This document shows positions 1-12,425 of a DNA stretch of 64,000 nt, piece by piece. The DNA lies in NCBI RefSeq assembly GCF_006345805.1, contig NC_042997.1, positions 73,408,001-73,472,000 on the forward strand. The letters run 5' to 3'. Both the position numbers and the translations under genes were made by a program. This DNA is from Octopus sinensis. Its lineage: Eukaryota. The notes under the pieces are model-generated. The model ran no database searches, had not been told where the DNA came from, and saw only the letters and a list, made by a program, of their open reading frames with translations. Positions within the stretch are counted from its first letter, which is position 1, and each line of letters opens with the position of its first letter.

Positions 1-624
1 GGTTTGATGAAGTATTTCATCTTTCACCTGAAAAGGAAGATAGGGCTGGAGAGAATATGCCTGACTAGGAGAGTGTATGAAGAACGATGGAAGGATGTAG
101 CACGAAAGTTGCGAGTGAAAGATACAACATAAATGTAATACCAAGCGCAACCAAAAGTATCAGTGGGGAGGCGGGGCTCGTGGGGTCCGAGCTAAACCCG
201 CACCCACTCCACCCGTAATGTCTTCCGGTCTGTCCCATCATTCGATTTCTGTCCATTTATTGTAATTCATGAAAATTTTTAAATCCGATTTATTGTAAAA
301 ACCCATTCGTTTGTCTGACCCCATCATCAGATTGTATTGTCCCATCTATGTTCGCCCCTTGTGGGTAATAATAAAACAACATGGAGGAAAGCACCTTCGG
401 AAAGTGTCTTGGTGCGACTATGATAGGTATCTAATCAGAGGCGGTAAATTCGCCACAATAGAAGCAAGGTTCGAGTCAACGAAGCGTGCAAGGGAGTACT
501 CGACTCGAACTTGTAAAGTGGAAATATATTATTTTTACCTTTATATCTGGGACGTAGGACGTTCTGGAAAAAATTTTAAATGCCCCCCCACTCCACCCCG
601 AAGTAGAGGTAGGCTGGATTGTAG

Positions 625-872
625 CCACACTTCTATACAAGAGGGATGACAAGATACAATTGATCGAAATTACAAGAGACGGGCTAACAATTCCAGTCTG
701 TTATATATTTTGAGTATTGTTATCATTAGCGATATCAAGATATAACTTTGTATTTTGTATTTTATGTGTATATGTATATATATAGATGTACATGTAATAT
801 GTACACATATATATACACATATATACATGCACTAGCACTATGACCCGGCAATGACGGGTCTTTAATGCTAGT
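625..872 (+). mobile_element. Helitron 3' end (subterminal region, hairpin and CTAG)
   Basis: 625-820 repeats at 2475-2670. It ends in ACTAGCACTATGACCCGGCAATGACGGGTCTTTAATGCTAGT (831-872), a degenerate copy of the hairpin+CTAGT terminus at 3975-4015. Confidence 0.7.
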
Positions 873-1020
873 ATATGTATATAACTGAGAATGTGTGTCT
901 GTCTGTCTGTCTGTCTGTCTGTGTGTTTCCCTAAAACTTGAGAACTACACAACCAATTTCATTCAAATTTTACACATGCCTTACTTAAGGTCCAGGGAGT
1001 GTCATCGTGTGGGATGTGCT
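873..1020 (+). mobile_element. Helitron 5' end directly abutting the preceding 3' end
   Basis: TATATAACTGAGAATGTGTGTCTGTCTG...CCCTAAAACTTGAGAACTACACAACCAATTTCATTCAAATTTTACACATG, also present at ~1700-1830 (+) and 5700-5800 (-). Confidence 0.6.
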
Positions 1021-1627
1021 AGAAACATCAGCAAAATCTCCCTTAAATCACTACCCATTTTGTCTGAAAAAATTTCAAGGTTTTTATTTTTACTGAAAAG
1101 GCTCCTCCCATCGTTTTTAAGTTCGTGGTGCCAAAAAATTGGTCAAAACCGGTCCGGGTAGAGAGGTAAGAGGGAGTTTAAAAAATTATTATATTCAAAA
1201 ATTTTTCTTCACAAAAAAGTGCCTCCCGCTTCATCATGTCAAAGGCCGTGGTAAAAAAAGATTGGAAAATTCTCCGTTAAAACGGAGAAAGGGGCAGCTT
1301 ATACGGGAGTCCTGATCAGAAACTTCGTTAACTTATGAAGAGTCCCAGAAAAAATAAGTTTTATAACGATATCCAAGCAAGCAATTAACTTTCAGGTAAA
1401 AATCTAAAATCAATTATACTAGATTCAATACAAAGAAATTGCGTTACACTACGATAATTGAAGAGTATGTAGCTCGGTTCCTTGATATTCATATTCTACT
1501 AATGTCAACATTGCTTTTTTTCCTTGAAAATCAGGCCATTATCATTTGTCTGTAAGTATATCTAACTATATACTCTCTCTCTCTCTTTCATATTCTCTAT
1601 CTTTCTATCTGCGTCTGTCTTTCTTGC

Positions 1628-1713
<86 letters not shown>

Positions 1714-1723
1714 TGAGAATGTG

Positions 1724-1754
<31 letters not shown>

Positions 1755-2719
1755 TTCCCTAAAACTTGAGAACTACACAACCAATTTCATTCAAATTTTA
1801 CACATGCTTTACTTAAGGTCCAGGGTGTGTCATCAGCAAAAATAATTTAACTTTTTCCCTAGGGCGAGCCCACAGCAATATCATATCTTCTTCACTATTT
1901 CAGTATTACGTGTTAAAAGTGAAACAAAAACATCTCTCTATTGTAATGCAGACACTTTAATACTCAAACTATTAAAGTGAAAGTATTATATAACAGTGAT
2001 GAACCATTAATAGTGGTCATCCATTTTGCTAGAAGAAGATCCGCTATGGTCTTATATGCTACACCACTGGTTTTCAGTTCATATTAATCAAATTATTATT
2101 CAATTTTTCACCCTTATTATGTGTGTGTGTATTAGCAATTCGTATAAAATTGCATCAATGACTTGAACTTGAATAAGTGGTTTCACATAAATGGGGATAA
2201 ATTAAAAAGGTTTGTTGTTATTATTATTAGTGTTTGAATATTGTAATCACGTTTGTTAGTTTCTCATCAGAGAAACGTTGTTGTGTTGCATTTGTTAAAT
2301 AATTGTAAACCGTAACCCTCCCCCTTTCGGAGAAGGGGCTTTGGTTATTGTTTAAAAATTGAATTGTGTCCCTGTTTGGGGAAATTTACAATATTTTCAC
2401 CGTCTTTACGGAAGCATTTTTGTTAAAATGCCTTCGATAGAAGAAAGTCCAAAAATGAATTTCGCTGCAGCCGTACACTTCTATACAAGAGGGAGGACAA
2501 GATCCAATTGATCGAAATTGCAAGAGACGGGCCTAAAATTCCAGTCTGTTATATATTTTGAGTATTGTTATCACTAGCGATATCAATATATAACTTTGTA
2601 TTTTGTATTTTATGTGTAGATGTATATATATAGACGTACATATTACATGTACACATATATATATGCATAATATATCTACCCATACACACATACGCGCACA
2701 CACACACATACATACATAG

Positions 2720-2860
2720 GGGCAGGTGTGTCTGTGTGGTAACAAACTACGTTCCAAACACATGGTCCTGGGTTCAGTCCCACTGTGTGTTGACTTGGCA
2801 TGTGTCTTTTGCTGTAGCATCAGACCAACAAAAGCCTTCTCAGTGGATTTTGTACATATA
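2720..2860 (+). mobile_element. tRNA-derived SINE, 5' part, inserted in the Helitron
   Basis: GGCAGGTGTGTCTGTGTGGTAAC...CATGGTCCTGGGTTCAGTCCCACTG matches the SINE head at 37000. Confidence 0.7.
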
Positions 2861-3064
2861 TACAGGCATACATACATATATATACATGCATACGTACATA
2901 TTCGGTATAAACACTCTACCACTACAAGTAATAACTGTTGGGAACACTTTCAAACCTGCCTTACATTCGAACCGGAATCTCAAAAACATTGTCCCCTTAC
3001 ATCTCATTCTCATTTCATTCCCAACACAGGGAAATAAAACTTACTTCTCACTACGGGACAATGG

Positions 3065-3897
3065 ATGATGGTAACAGATATTTACCACATGCTACCTTAT
3101 CAAGTGAAGTATATTGTCATCCACTTCACCTCTAGCCTTTATAGCGTACGGACAATTCAAACGACCCCACACCACTATACCACCACTGATACCTTCATCC
3201 TTCTAGCTGTCTGCTCTCTTATAAATACGAAAGAATTCATTTCCAGCCAAAAAGTGTTTCCCAACTTCACACAAAACTACCAAAATTACAATTGGCTGTG
3301 TGAAAGAGCAATATTAGCACAAAAAAACGTCGCTGTTAACAAAATTAATCAACAGCTAATGCATTCTCTTCCCGGCACTATACACGCTTACAAGTCTGTT
3401 GATACAATTCCAGATATAAATGAAGTTGTGAACTAACCTCCTGAATTTCTCAATTTACTGGAGCCTCCTGGACTACCTCCACACATATTAGCTCTTAAAG
3501 TTGGAACTCCTGTAATGCTACTCCGCAATCTGGAACCACCAAGACTTTGCAATGGAACGCGACTGGTGATAAAGAAAATGATGTCACACGTTATCGAGGC
3601 GATCATTCTTTCTGGATGTGGAAAAGGTGATGACGTTTTTATTCAAGAATTCCTCTTACAGCAGAAATTCCATTTACATTCAGAAGACTGCAATTCCCCC
3701 TTCGTGTCAGCTTTGCCATGTCCATTAACAAATCTCAGGGTCAAACCCTCTCTGTAGCTGGTCTTCTCTTGGAAGAGCCCTGCTTCTCGCATGGGCAACT
3801 GTATGTTGGCTGCTCAAGAGTAGGAACCAAAAGAAACCTTTTTGTATATGCTCCACAAGGAAAAACAAGGAACATTGTTTACAACGAGGTGTTATAA
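3065..3897 (+). pseudogene. Helitron RepHel PIF1-like SF1 helicase, C-terminal part (disrupted)
   Basis: [62 protein letters not shown] and [24 protein letters not shown]...PCFSHGQLYVGCSRV are visible across frames. There is an in-frame stop at 3434-3436 and a frameshift near 3640. Confidence 0.92.
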
Positions 3898-4814
3898 TCT
3901 CAACAGCCAGGAGGTATATACATGATACCCTTTTTTTTAACAAACTTCATGTACTTTCATGTATTTATATTAATACTAGCATTATGACCCGGCAACGCCG
4001 GGTCATAGTGCTAGTTTGGTATAAATTTGTTAAATTAAAAATGTGGTAATAAAACATACAATGACATATTAAAAAGACGAATTAAAATTCCAGAGGAAAA
4101 TACATAGAAGATTAATATACAAATTTACAAAAATACACCAAAGTTTCAGAGAAGCATCAATTAATATTAAAAACATATCATATATTTAAAATTGACACTC
4201 CGCTCGTCAGGATGTTTTTTACACACAACACATAGTACACGGAAACAAATGCACAATTACATACCTGCTACATGCGAAAGACTAGACATTACGTACTCCC
4301 AAAAATTCTCATAGATACTGAATGCTACTTTATAAGCATATAATTCAATCTAGCAGCTATAGTAAATGGTATGAGCACATGTCCATCTGGACTAATTCAC
4401 TTCTGCACTCAATTGTTTTTTCATATTTTAATTTCTCCCATTCATGCAAATCCACATATTCGAGTTCAAATCCTTGATACATTTTATACTAATTGCTATT
4501 TTTTCTTTTAATTGTTATATAACGATTTAATTACCATTTTAATAAAATAAAATATATTTAATTACTACTTACTATATTTACTATATTTAATTCAATTGTT
4601 ATTATTACCTCTAACTTTTATTGCAATTTTTATTTCTAAATTTCTTATGGAACGTCGAGTGGATCTTATGCGTACAATATATTTTTATATGCGTACAATA
4701 TATTTTTATATTTACTATATATAAATATATATATACGTTTAAATATTTGTTGTGCAAGATTTTTTATGTGAAGTCGTGTGTTGAAACAGATATTGTTATA
4801 TTTCGGAATGGTCA

Positions 4815-5034
4815 TTTTGCCAGTTTAGCCAATAAATACAAAATGGCTGACGGTTAGTAAGGAGAAACACAAATAAGTGAGAAGAAAACAAAGGACCACT
4901 GATGCGGTCACAGGAGTGTGGCGAAAGAACTCTGGCCGAAATAAGATTAAGATTAATGTAAAAAATAAATAACACTGAAGCAAAGTAACACCAAATATAT
5001 AGTGCGTGTGTTTTTATTGGCTAAACTGGCAAAA
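4815..5034. repeat. Small foldback element with 22-bp inverted repeats, PLE-terminus-like interior
   Basis: TTTTGCCAGTTTAGCCAATAAA (~4815) and its reverse complement TTTATTGGCTAAACTGGCAAAA (~5013-5034). The interior has CTGATGCGGTC...GGCCGAAATA. Confidence 0.6.
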
Positions 5035-5328
5035 TATATATATAGTAATATATATATTTATATATATTACTATATATAAATATTACTATATATTTCTAAA
5101 CGTCGGGCTTTATGTCTGTTCCGTAGATATAAATGAATATATGAATATATGTATGTGTTTGATCTATATGTGGATTTTGTAGTGCTTTTGTAGTTGCTGC
5201 TCGCATTGCCTCCCCTCGGATTAAAAAGTGTATACAGCTCATTTGAGCACTACTGTTCCAGTTTGTTATATATTTTGAGCGTTGTTGTCACTAACGATCT
5301 CAAGATATAACTTTATATTTTGTAATAT

Positions 5329-5378
<50 letters not shown>

Positions 5379-5419
5379 ATATATATACATATATATATAT
5401 ATATACATCCATATACATA

Positions 5420-5800
5420 CAATAGAGAGATGTTTTTGTTTCACTTTTAACACGTAATACTGAAATAGTGGAGAAGATATGATACTGCTGTGGGCTCGCT
5501 CTAGGCAAGAAGTTAAACATTTTTTTGCCCATGATACTACATGGACCCTAAGTAAGGCATGTGTAAAATTTGAATGAAACTGGTTCTGTAGTTCTCAAGT
5601 TTTAGGGAATCAGAGTGGAGAAGATATGATATTGCTGTGGGCTCGCCCTAGGCAAAAAGTTAAAAAAAGTTTTTGCCGATGACACTCCTCCGACCCTAAG
5701 TAAAGCATATGTGAAATTTGAACGAAATTGGTCGCGTAGTTATCATGTTTTAGAGAAACACACAGACAGACAGACACACATTCTCAGTTTTATATATAGA
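5420..5800 (-). mobile_element. Helitron 5' end, inverted, with an internal tandem duplication
   Basis: The reverse complement starts TCTATATATAAAACTGAGAATG at 5800 (5' TC). It contains two successive copies of the segment matching ~1750-1940. Confidence 0.7.
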
Positions 5801-6189
5801 GAGATACATATATGTGTGTGTGTATCCATATATATATAACAGAAAAGTCTAATTTTTCAATTGAATGTAACCGGGCAACGCCGGGTGTGTTTTTTGTATC
5901 GTCTTTTAATGTTTCACGTTCTTGTCCCAGTTAGTATTTTTTTACTTTTACATATGTACATAAGCGATGACGTACCCCTTTTTGATCCTATACGTAAGTA
6001 TATATTCTTTAACACATGGTACGACTCTACAACACTGTGTCTCTCCCCCGTCTCCTACATTTCTCTGCCTTTCACACTTTGCACTCCACTTGATCTGTCT
6101 CTTTTTCTCTCTTTCTCCTCCTCCTTCGTTCCTTGTTCCCCTTCTTTCTCTCTTCATCTGTCCCTCTTTTTCCTCTCTTTTTCCATCAC

Positions 6190-6625
6190 GTGACTAGCCA
6201 CCGATTGCTGGCCTTTCGCGTCCAGCAGCCGTTGTAGCAAGACACACTTGTTTGTCTCTCTGTAGCCTTAAGGCTCTCTTCTAACGCCAGCTCAAAACCT
6301 TACTCGTCCTGTCGAAAAGACGCTTGTCTGTGACGTCCTGTTTTTGTTGTTATTATTTTCATTATTGTTTTTACGTATTTTTGTATTCTTATTCGTGCTA
6401 TCATTATTGTTTTTACGTATTTGTGTATTTTTATTCGTGTAACATCGTCCGTTTTCCGTCCTTGTTTTGTATACATTCGAGGCTTTCTTCCAAGGAATCT
6501 AATGCGCTTGGCATAGATTTTCCTTTGGGGCTGTCCAGGTCGGAGCAATCTCTGGATTAATCAGCCGAAATTGCGAAGATGATCCGGTTCTTGACTGAAG
6601 ATTGAAGGCTTCGAATGTCCCGTCC
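6190..6625. repeat. Dispersed repeat related to 21330-21530, between duplicated 60-bp segments
   Basis: AGCCGAAATTG...GATGAT...CTTGAC...GAATGT..CGTCC is shared with 21420-21490. 5887-5948 is duplicated at 6627-6690. Confidence 0.45.
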
Positions 6626-7299
6626 GTGTTTTTTGTATCGTCTTTTAATGTTTCACATTCTTGTCCCAGTTAGTATTTTTTTACTTTTACACACACACAT
6701 ATATATATATATAAATATATCTTACTTTCTCTCTCTTTCACTCTCCCTTTCACTCTATCACATGTGTCTGTCTATTCCCCTGTCTGTTTACTACCTACTT
6801 GTCCATTCATTCATTGGTCTATCTATCCGTCCACCCGTCTTTCTAACCGTCTGTGTCTCCTGCTATCTTTCCGTTTGTCAGTTATGTGGATAATAAATAT
6901 TAAAATTCACAATCCGTTTTCCTGAATGTGTGCAACTCAGCTTTTGGTAAACAGTCCATTCCATAACAAATATGGTCCTTAAGGTTCTTCAGCGAAAATG
7001 ATGCCTGCAATCATTTCCAGTACATTTCTTAGCCCTGAAAACCTCTAAGCATCAGACTTTTTTTCTCCTATATTTTCTCAGTAGAGAAAAAACAATTTCC
7101 CTCGTTACACGGAAAGGTAAAATACAAAATATTGCGCACTCATAAACACAGGCAAAATGCATGTAAGCATACGTACATATATACAATACAACACAACATA
7201 CATAAACACATTCACAAACTAATACATATCTACATATAAAGTATATACATATATTTATACACACACACACACATGCACACATATCCACATACAATCGTG

Positions 7300-7590
7300 A
7301 GTTTGTGAGCTCGAATTCCGGACCGGGTTGTTTGTTGTGTTCTTGAGCAAGACACTTTATTTCACGTTGCACTAGTTCACTCAGCTATAGAAATGAGTTG
7401 CGACGTCACAGGTGCCAAGCTGTATCGGCCTTTGCCTTTCCGTTGTGTAACATCGGTGGCGTGGAGAGGGGAGGCCGGCATGCATGGGCGACTGCTGGTC
7501 TTCCATAAACAACCTAGCCCGGACTTGTACTTGGGAGGGTAACTTTCTAGGAGCAATTCCATGGTCTGTGTCATGACCGAAGGGGGGTCT
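7300..7590 (+). mobile_element. SINE of a second family
   Basis: TRNA-B-box-like CTCGAATTCC followed by GTGTTCTTGAGCAAGACACTTTATTTCAC...CACTCAGCT, a motif typical of tRNA-SINE bodies, ending at a (TA)n tract. Family recognised from memory. Confidence 0.5.
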
Positions 7591-7905
7591 CATATATATA
7601 TATATATATGTATGTATATATATATATATATATATATACATAATACATACATACATACATACAAAATTAATAGATATATATAAGTATTATATATAACAAG
7701 GGTGCTATGAACTGCCAGCTTTGCTAAAAATAAGAGTAAAGAATACTCCAAAGCCATAAAAATTAATACTAGATTTTCACAGGCATGGTTGGAAATGTTA
7801 TTTATATATTTATAAATGTTGTTTATATTCTTTTATATGTTTCAGCCTTGAGACTGCGGTCATGCTGGGGCACCGCCATTGTAACTACCTTTTAATTGGC
7901 CAATT

Positions 7906-8895
7906 CTATGGATTTGGCTTCTGGTGAACGAGGGAGTTCGATATCGCTCCTCTCTTTTGCGTTTCCTGCCTTGATATTGGTTCATCTGGGATCTTGGATA
8001 GCAAGAGGTCAAGTTGTTTCTTGAAAACATCTACTCCCATTACATGGAGATCATTCAGATATTTTGGCAAGGAGTTAAATAGTTGTGGGCCATTGAATCC
8101 CAAGCTATTGCAGTACATGGTCGCCTTAGATGAGACAGCTGGGACTTTTGGAACTGTGCAGTGATGTCCATTTCGAGGTCTGGTATAACTCGCAATTCCA
8201 AAGTTTGGTGCCAGCACCTCCAGTATCTTCCTTACATATATCACTGCGTACCTCTCCTGTCTTCGCTCCAGAGAGTAGAGTCGTAGCTCTTTCAATCTCA
8301 CTCAGTTGTTCAGCTGTCCATGAATGCAATCTACCTCATGTAGTATCGCTGAACCGCCTCAAGTTCTGCTATTAATCCTACGGTGCAGGGTGACCATAGT
8401 TGAGAGCAGTAGTCCAGATGGCTGAGGACAAATGTCCTCAATAGGACCAGCATAGTTTCCTGGTCCCTTGTTCTGAAGGTTCTCAGAATCCATCCGGCCA
8501 TTCGCCTGCACACTGCCACCAACCTGGTGACATGCATGTGAAACGAGGCATCGTTGCGCATATGAATCCTAAGATCACGTACCGTATGTAATGCTAGGAT
8601 TGCTGCTCCTTTTGATCCAAAGTAGCATCAGAAAGTTCCTTGACTGCTTGTACTACTTTTGTATCGTCAGCGTAGCTAGTTAGTGTGGCAATCTGTGTAA
8701 CTATGGCATGTCTGAAAGAGCCACCATGAAGAGCTGTGGCCTCAATACAGTTCCCTGAGACACTCCACTTTCTATTAACGTCACCGTGGAGAGGACTCCG
8801 TCGGCTGCTACAGCCTGGCTTCTGTTTTTCAAGAAGTCATGCAATCACTCTCCAATTTTCCCAGTTATGCCGAGTCTCCGTATTTTGTGACATAT
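7906..8895 (-). pseudogene. CR1-clade LINE, RT C-terminus and 3' end (disrupted)
   Basis: GVSQGTVL.PQLF and a YADDT-like segment in shifted frames, WILRTFRTRDQETMLVLLRTFVLSHLDYCSQLWSP, and LKELRLYSLERRQERY...GPQLFNSLP...FKKQLDLLLSKIPDEP. Confidence 0.9.
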
Positions 8896-8978
8896 AAACC
8901 CATAATCAATCTCATATGTGTGTGTGTGTCTGTGCCTGTGTGTGCGGGTGTGGTTGTGTGTATGTGTCTGTGTAGAAT

Positions 8979-9572
8979 ATTATAATTGTCACTAAATGTG
9001 ACTAGGGTGTTAAAAACACCTACATTGCTAGAAATAAGAGCTAAATGCTCTAATGCTGTAGTTAATGCACATAAAAGAAAACATACATTAACAGGGACCA
9101 TAATTTTCTGAAAAATAATAACAAAGGAATCTTAAGACTGAAGTGTTAGCTTCGACAGTTTCCGTTGCCATCAAGCTAATGGATGATTTAGCGATTCGCT
9201 AATGTGTATACACAAAATTAACGTAAACAGCAGGTTACAATGTTTCACCTAAAAGGAAAATTATAATTTGTCAATAAATGGGACTAGGGTCATCCATTAA
9301 TTTGGATGACGAAAACATATATGCTAATAGAGAAGCGGGTCCGGAGATGGCCGGGCACTGAGTTGCCTTAATCGATGGTGGCAACGGAAATTGCCGAAAC
9401 TGACGCGTCAGTCTTACGAATTCTCGGACGGTATCTTTCTGGCAATCATGGCCCTGTTAGTGTATATGTATTTATGCATGTGCGTTAACTATAGCATTAG
9501 AGCATTTTCGCTATTATTTCTAGCAGTGTATGTGTTTTTAACACCCTAGTCACATCTAGTGACAATTATAAT
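8979..9572. mobile_element. Foldback element with ~200-bp diverged inverted arms carrying PLE-type hammerhead remnants
   Basis: 8979-9101 matches the reverse complement of 9448-9572 (ATTATAATTGTCACTA.ATGTGACTAGGGTGTTAAAAACAC...). Homology continues inward: 9131-9178 vs 9367-9416. Confidence 0.75.
9367..9416 (+). ncRNA. Degenerate minimal type I hammerhead ribozyme motif
   Basis: Stem II GGCAA/CGGAAA/TTGCC, then GAAA, a palindromic stem III ACTGACGCGTCAGT and a GUC triplet at 9411-9413. The CUGANGA core is mutated to TCGATGGT. Confidence 0.55.
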
Positions 9573-9853
9573 TCTCCCTTTTAGAGAAACATTACAAACT
9601 GTTGTTTACATTTATTGTGTGGGTATATATATATATACATGTGTGTGTATATATATACATGTATATATATATATATATTTAATTTATTTTATCTAGTTTC
9701 CGCTCACGAGCTGTGGCCATGCTGGGGCACCGCCATATATATATATATATATATATATTTCAACAATTGAGGGTAAAATTAATTAATTATTAATCAGTTT
9801 CACCAAGTGTTCAGTATGTAAAGGGACCATTATAGGCGAATTCAAAATATTAC

Positions 9854-10011
9854 ATTATATATAAGGGCTTAGTAAAATAAATTACTTTGCCACATACTGA
9901 ACTCATTAGAAATAGCAGCTAAAGAAATTTCTTCAGCTATTTCTAATACTTAAAGAAGATCTCTCTCAGATAGTGTTTGCCTAAACTGACTCACTTATTT
10001 TACTAAGCCCT

Positions 10012-10021
<10 letters not shown>
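9854..10021. repeat. MITE-like element with 27-bp inverted ends
   Basis: ATTATATATAAGGGCTTAGTAAAATAA (9854-9880) and TTATTTTACTAAGCCCTTATATATAAT (9995-10021). Confidence 0.6.
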
Positions 10022-10106
<85 letters not shown>

Positions 10107-10214
10107 ATATATATGATTGATGATTGATTCTAGTTTCAGCTTATGAGCTGTGGCCATGCTGGGGCACCGCCATATATATATATATATATATATACATGTA
10201 TATATATATATCTG

Positions 10215-10340
10215 ACAATCTCTTTCTGTGTGTCTGTGTGTCTGTATGTGTCCATCACTAAACCTCGAGAGCTACCCAACGGATTGCATTCAAATTTTTC
10301 ACATGCCCTTTATAGGGTCTATGTAGTGTCATGGGCGAAA
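10215..10340 (+). mobile_element. Diverged Helitron-like 5' segment
   Basis: TGTGTCTG repeats followed by ...GGATTGCATTCAAATTTTTCACATGCCC...GTGTCATGGGC, similar to 930-1010 and 5520-5580. Confidence 0.45.
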
Positions 10341-10783
10341 AAATATATTTATATCTTAGCATTTGCTTTCGGCGGGGAATTTGTAACTACAACATGAATG
10401 TAATCGATCAAACCGCATGGGTAATTCGTCGCCCGTGTAGGTCCGATATATTGCATCGACAAATGTTGCTGACGATTCATAGATAGATATGTGAGTATAA
10501 TTTGCATATTATGTTGATGAAGAAGCAATTGTACAACATTAATCCATTTTTTAGTTGTATTTCATTTTCTTTACGTTGAGAGTAGAGCTATTACTGTGTG
10601 GAGTTATCGTCGGCGATTATACCAGAGGAGCTATTTCTAGCACTAGAGTTAACCTATCTAGGTAAATTCTCTTATATTTACGGATGAGTATATTGTCTCC
10701 CTGGTTTTGTTGTGCTAGGTCGCCTGGTGTTAAAACAAGGGTATTATTAAATTAATATCTAATTTTTTTCACCCTCATTTTTG

Positions 10784-10852
<69 letters not shown>

Positions 10853-10860
10853 TATATATC

Positions 10861-10912
<52 letters not shown>

Positions 10913-10939
10913 TATGTATATGTATATATATATATATAT

Positions 10940-11215
10940 AGGTGCGGACGTGGGCGTGGCTGCGTGCTAAGAAGTTTGCTTGCCAACCACATGGTTCCGA
11001 GTTCAGTCCCTGGGCATGTGTCTTCTACTATTTACTTGGTCCGACAAAAGCCATGTCAGTGAGTTTCGTTGATGGAAACTGAATGAAATATGTCCTATAT
11101 CGATTTCTTCTGCCGAAACGATAAGTTGCGGGGACGTAAGCTTACTAACATTGGTTTCTAAGCGATGGTGGGGGAGGAACAAACTCAGATACAAATACAC
11201 ACACACACACACACA

Positions 11216-11291
<76 letters not shown>

Positions 11292-11500
11292 TTGTATCTG
11301 AGTTTGTTCCTCCACTACCATCGCTTAGAAACCAATGTTAGTAAGCTTACGTCCCCGCAACTTATCGTTTCGGTAGAAGAAATCGATAGATTAAGCACCA
11401 GGCTTACAAAGAATAAGTCAAGGGGTCGATTTCTTCAACTAAAAGACGATACTGCAGCATGGCCACACTCAAATGACTGAAACAAGTAACAGAGTAAACG
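10940..11500 (+). mobile_element. SINE with an internal inverted duplication
   Basis: SINE head at 10940-11095 and SINE tail to ~11500. 11098-11388 is a near-perfect palindrome. Confidence 0.75.
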
Positions 11501-11504
11501 AGTG

Positions 11505-11549
<45 letters not shown>

Positions 11550-11733
11550 TTAAAATTACTAAGTCTCTCTAAAGGAGATTACGGCAGCGTTACTGGAAAT
11601 TAATAGTTATCGCCATACTAATATGGCAGTCTTATAAATATAAGACTAAAGCTGTCGCTGATTAGCTCCAAGAGGCCACCGCCTCAAGCTAGCTATTTGA
11701 CACTCAAACTGCGTCCATTACAAACCTTCGAAC

Positions 11734-11772
<39 letters not shown>

Positions 11773-11825
11773 GACAGACATATAGATAAATAGATAGATA
11801 GATATAGATATAGATATATTTATGG

Positions 11826-11892
<67 letters not shown>

Positions 11893-12199
11893 AGAAAAAG
11901 TCAAGATAGAAAATGCTAAAATAATTTTATAAAAAAACTTTTCAATACCGGTTTCACTCCTTGAAACATTTTCAACTGTAAGTATGGAAAACAATGAAAT
12001 TTTGGGAAAATTAAAAGAAAATGTATTTAAAAGAATGTTTGTATAGTGTTCGTTGTGAATTCTTGGTAGGGAAGAAGAAGAAGAAGAAGAAGAAGAAGAA
12101 GAAGAAGAAGAAGAAGAAGAAGAAAGAAGGGGGAATAAGAAGGAATGTAAGTAGTATGATAGTAGTAAGCAATTAAATGGTCAAGTGACCTAAAATTGC

Positions 12200-12425
12200 C
12201 TTATGGCTTAAAGCAGTAATTGGGACCGTTTTTTAATGAATTCTTTAATTTGGGATGTCTCAGTCCATTGATATTGAGCTGAAGGGCACGCTGAAAGCAT
12301 ATGTCAATTAGTGAAGGTGTGTAGTTCGTAGTGATGAGTGTATCTTTTAGTTCATGTATTCGTGTGTCTCTGGTGTTTGCATTAGAAACTATAGTACATA
12401 TCCTTTTTGCTAGGTTGAAGGGGAT
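12200..12425 (-). pseudogene. Penelope-like element, RT thumb fragment
   Basis: Manual translation: IPFNLAKRICTIVSNANTRDTRIHELKDTLITTNYTPSLIDICFQRAL. It resembles the PLE IPYSQA.RI.RICS...L.EL...L..R.YP..LI motif. PLE-terminus-like TACCGGTTTC repeats flank it at ~11957 and ~12886. Confidence 0.75.

Larger units (their letters stand above)
1700..4015 (+). mobile_element. Internally deleted Helitron (5' end, subterminal repeat, helicase remnant, 3' hairpin-CTAG)
   Basis: 5' motif ATAAAACTGAGAATG(TCTG)n at ~1705, helicase remnant at 3065-3897, and terminal hairpin GACCCGGC-AAC-GCCGGGTC followed by ATAGTGCTAGT ending at 4015. Confidence 0.7.

Noticed and set aside
6560-6625. CTGAAGA...GAAT..GTC as a hammerhead (related segment at 21460-21490)
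   Set aside because: GAAT replaces GAAA in both copies and there is no stem I pairing.
6900-7030. Possible minus-strand terminal exon LRNVLEMIAGIIFAEEP*
   Set aside because: Short, no compatible upstream exon found, no recognisable homology.
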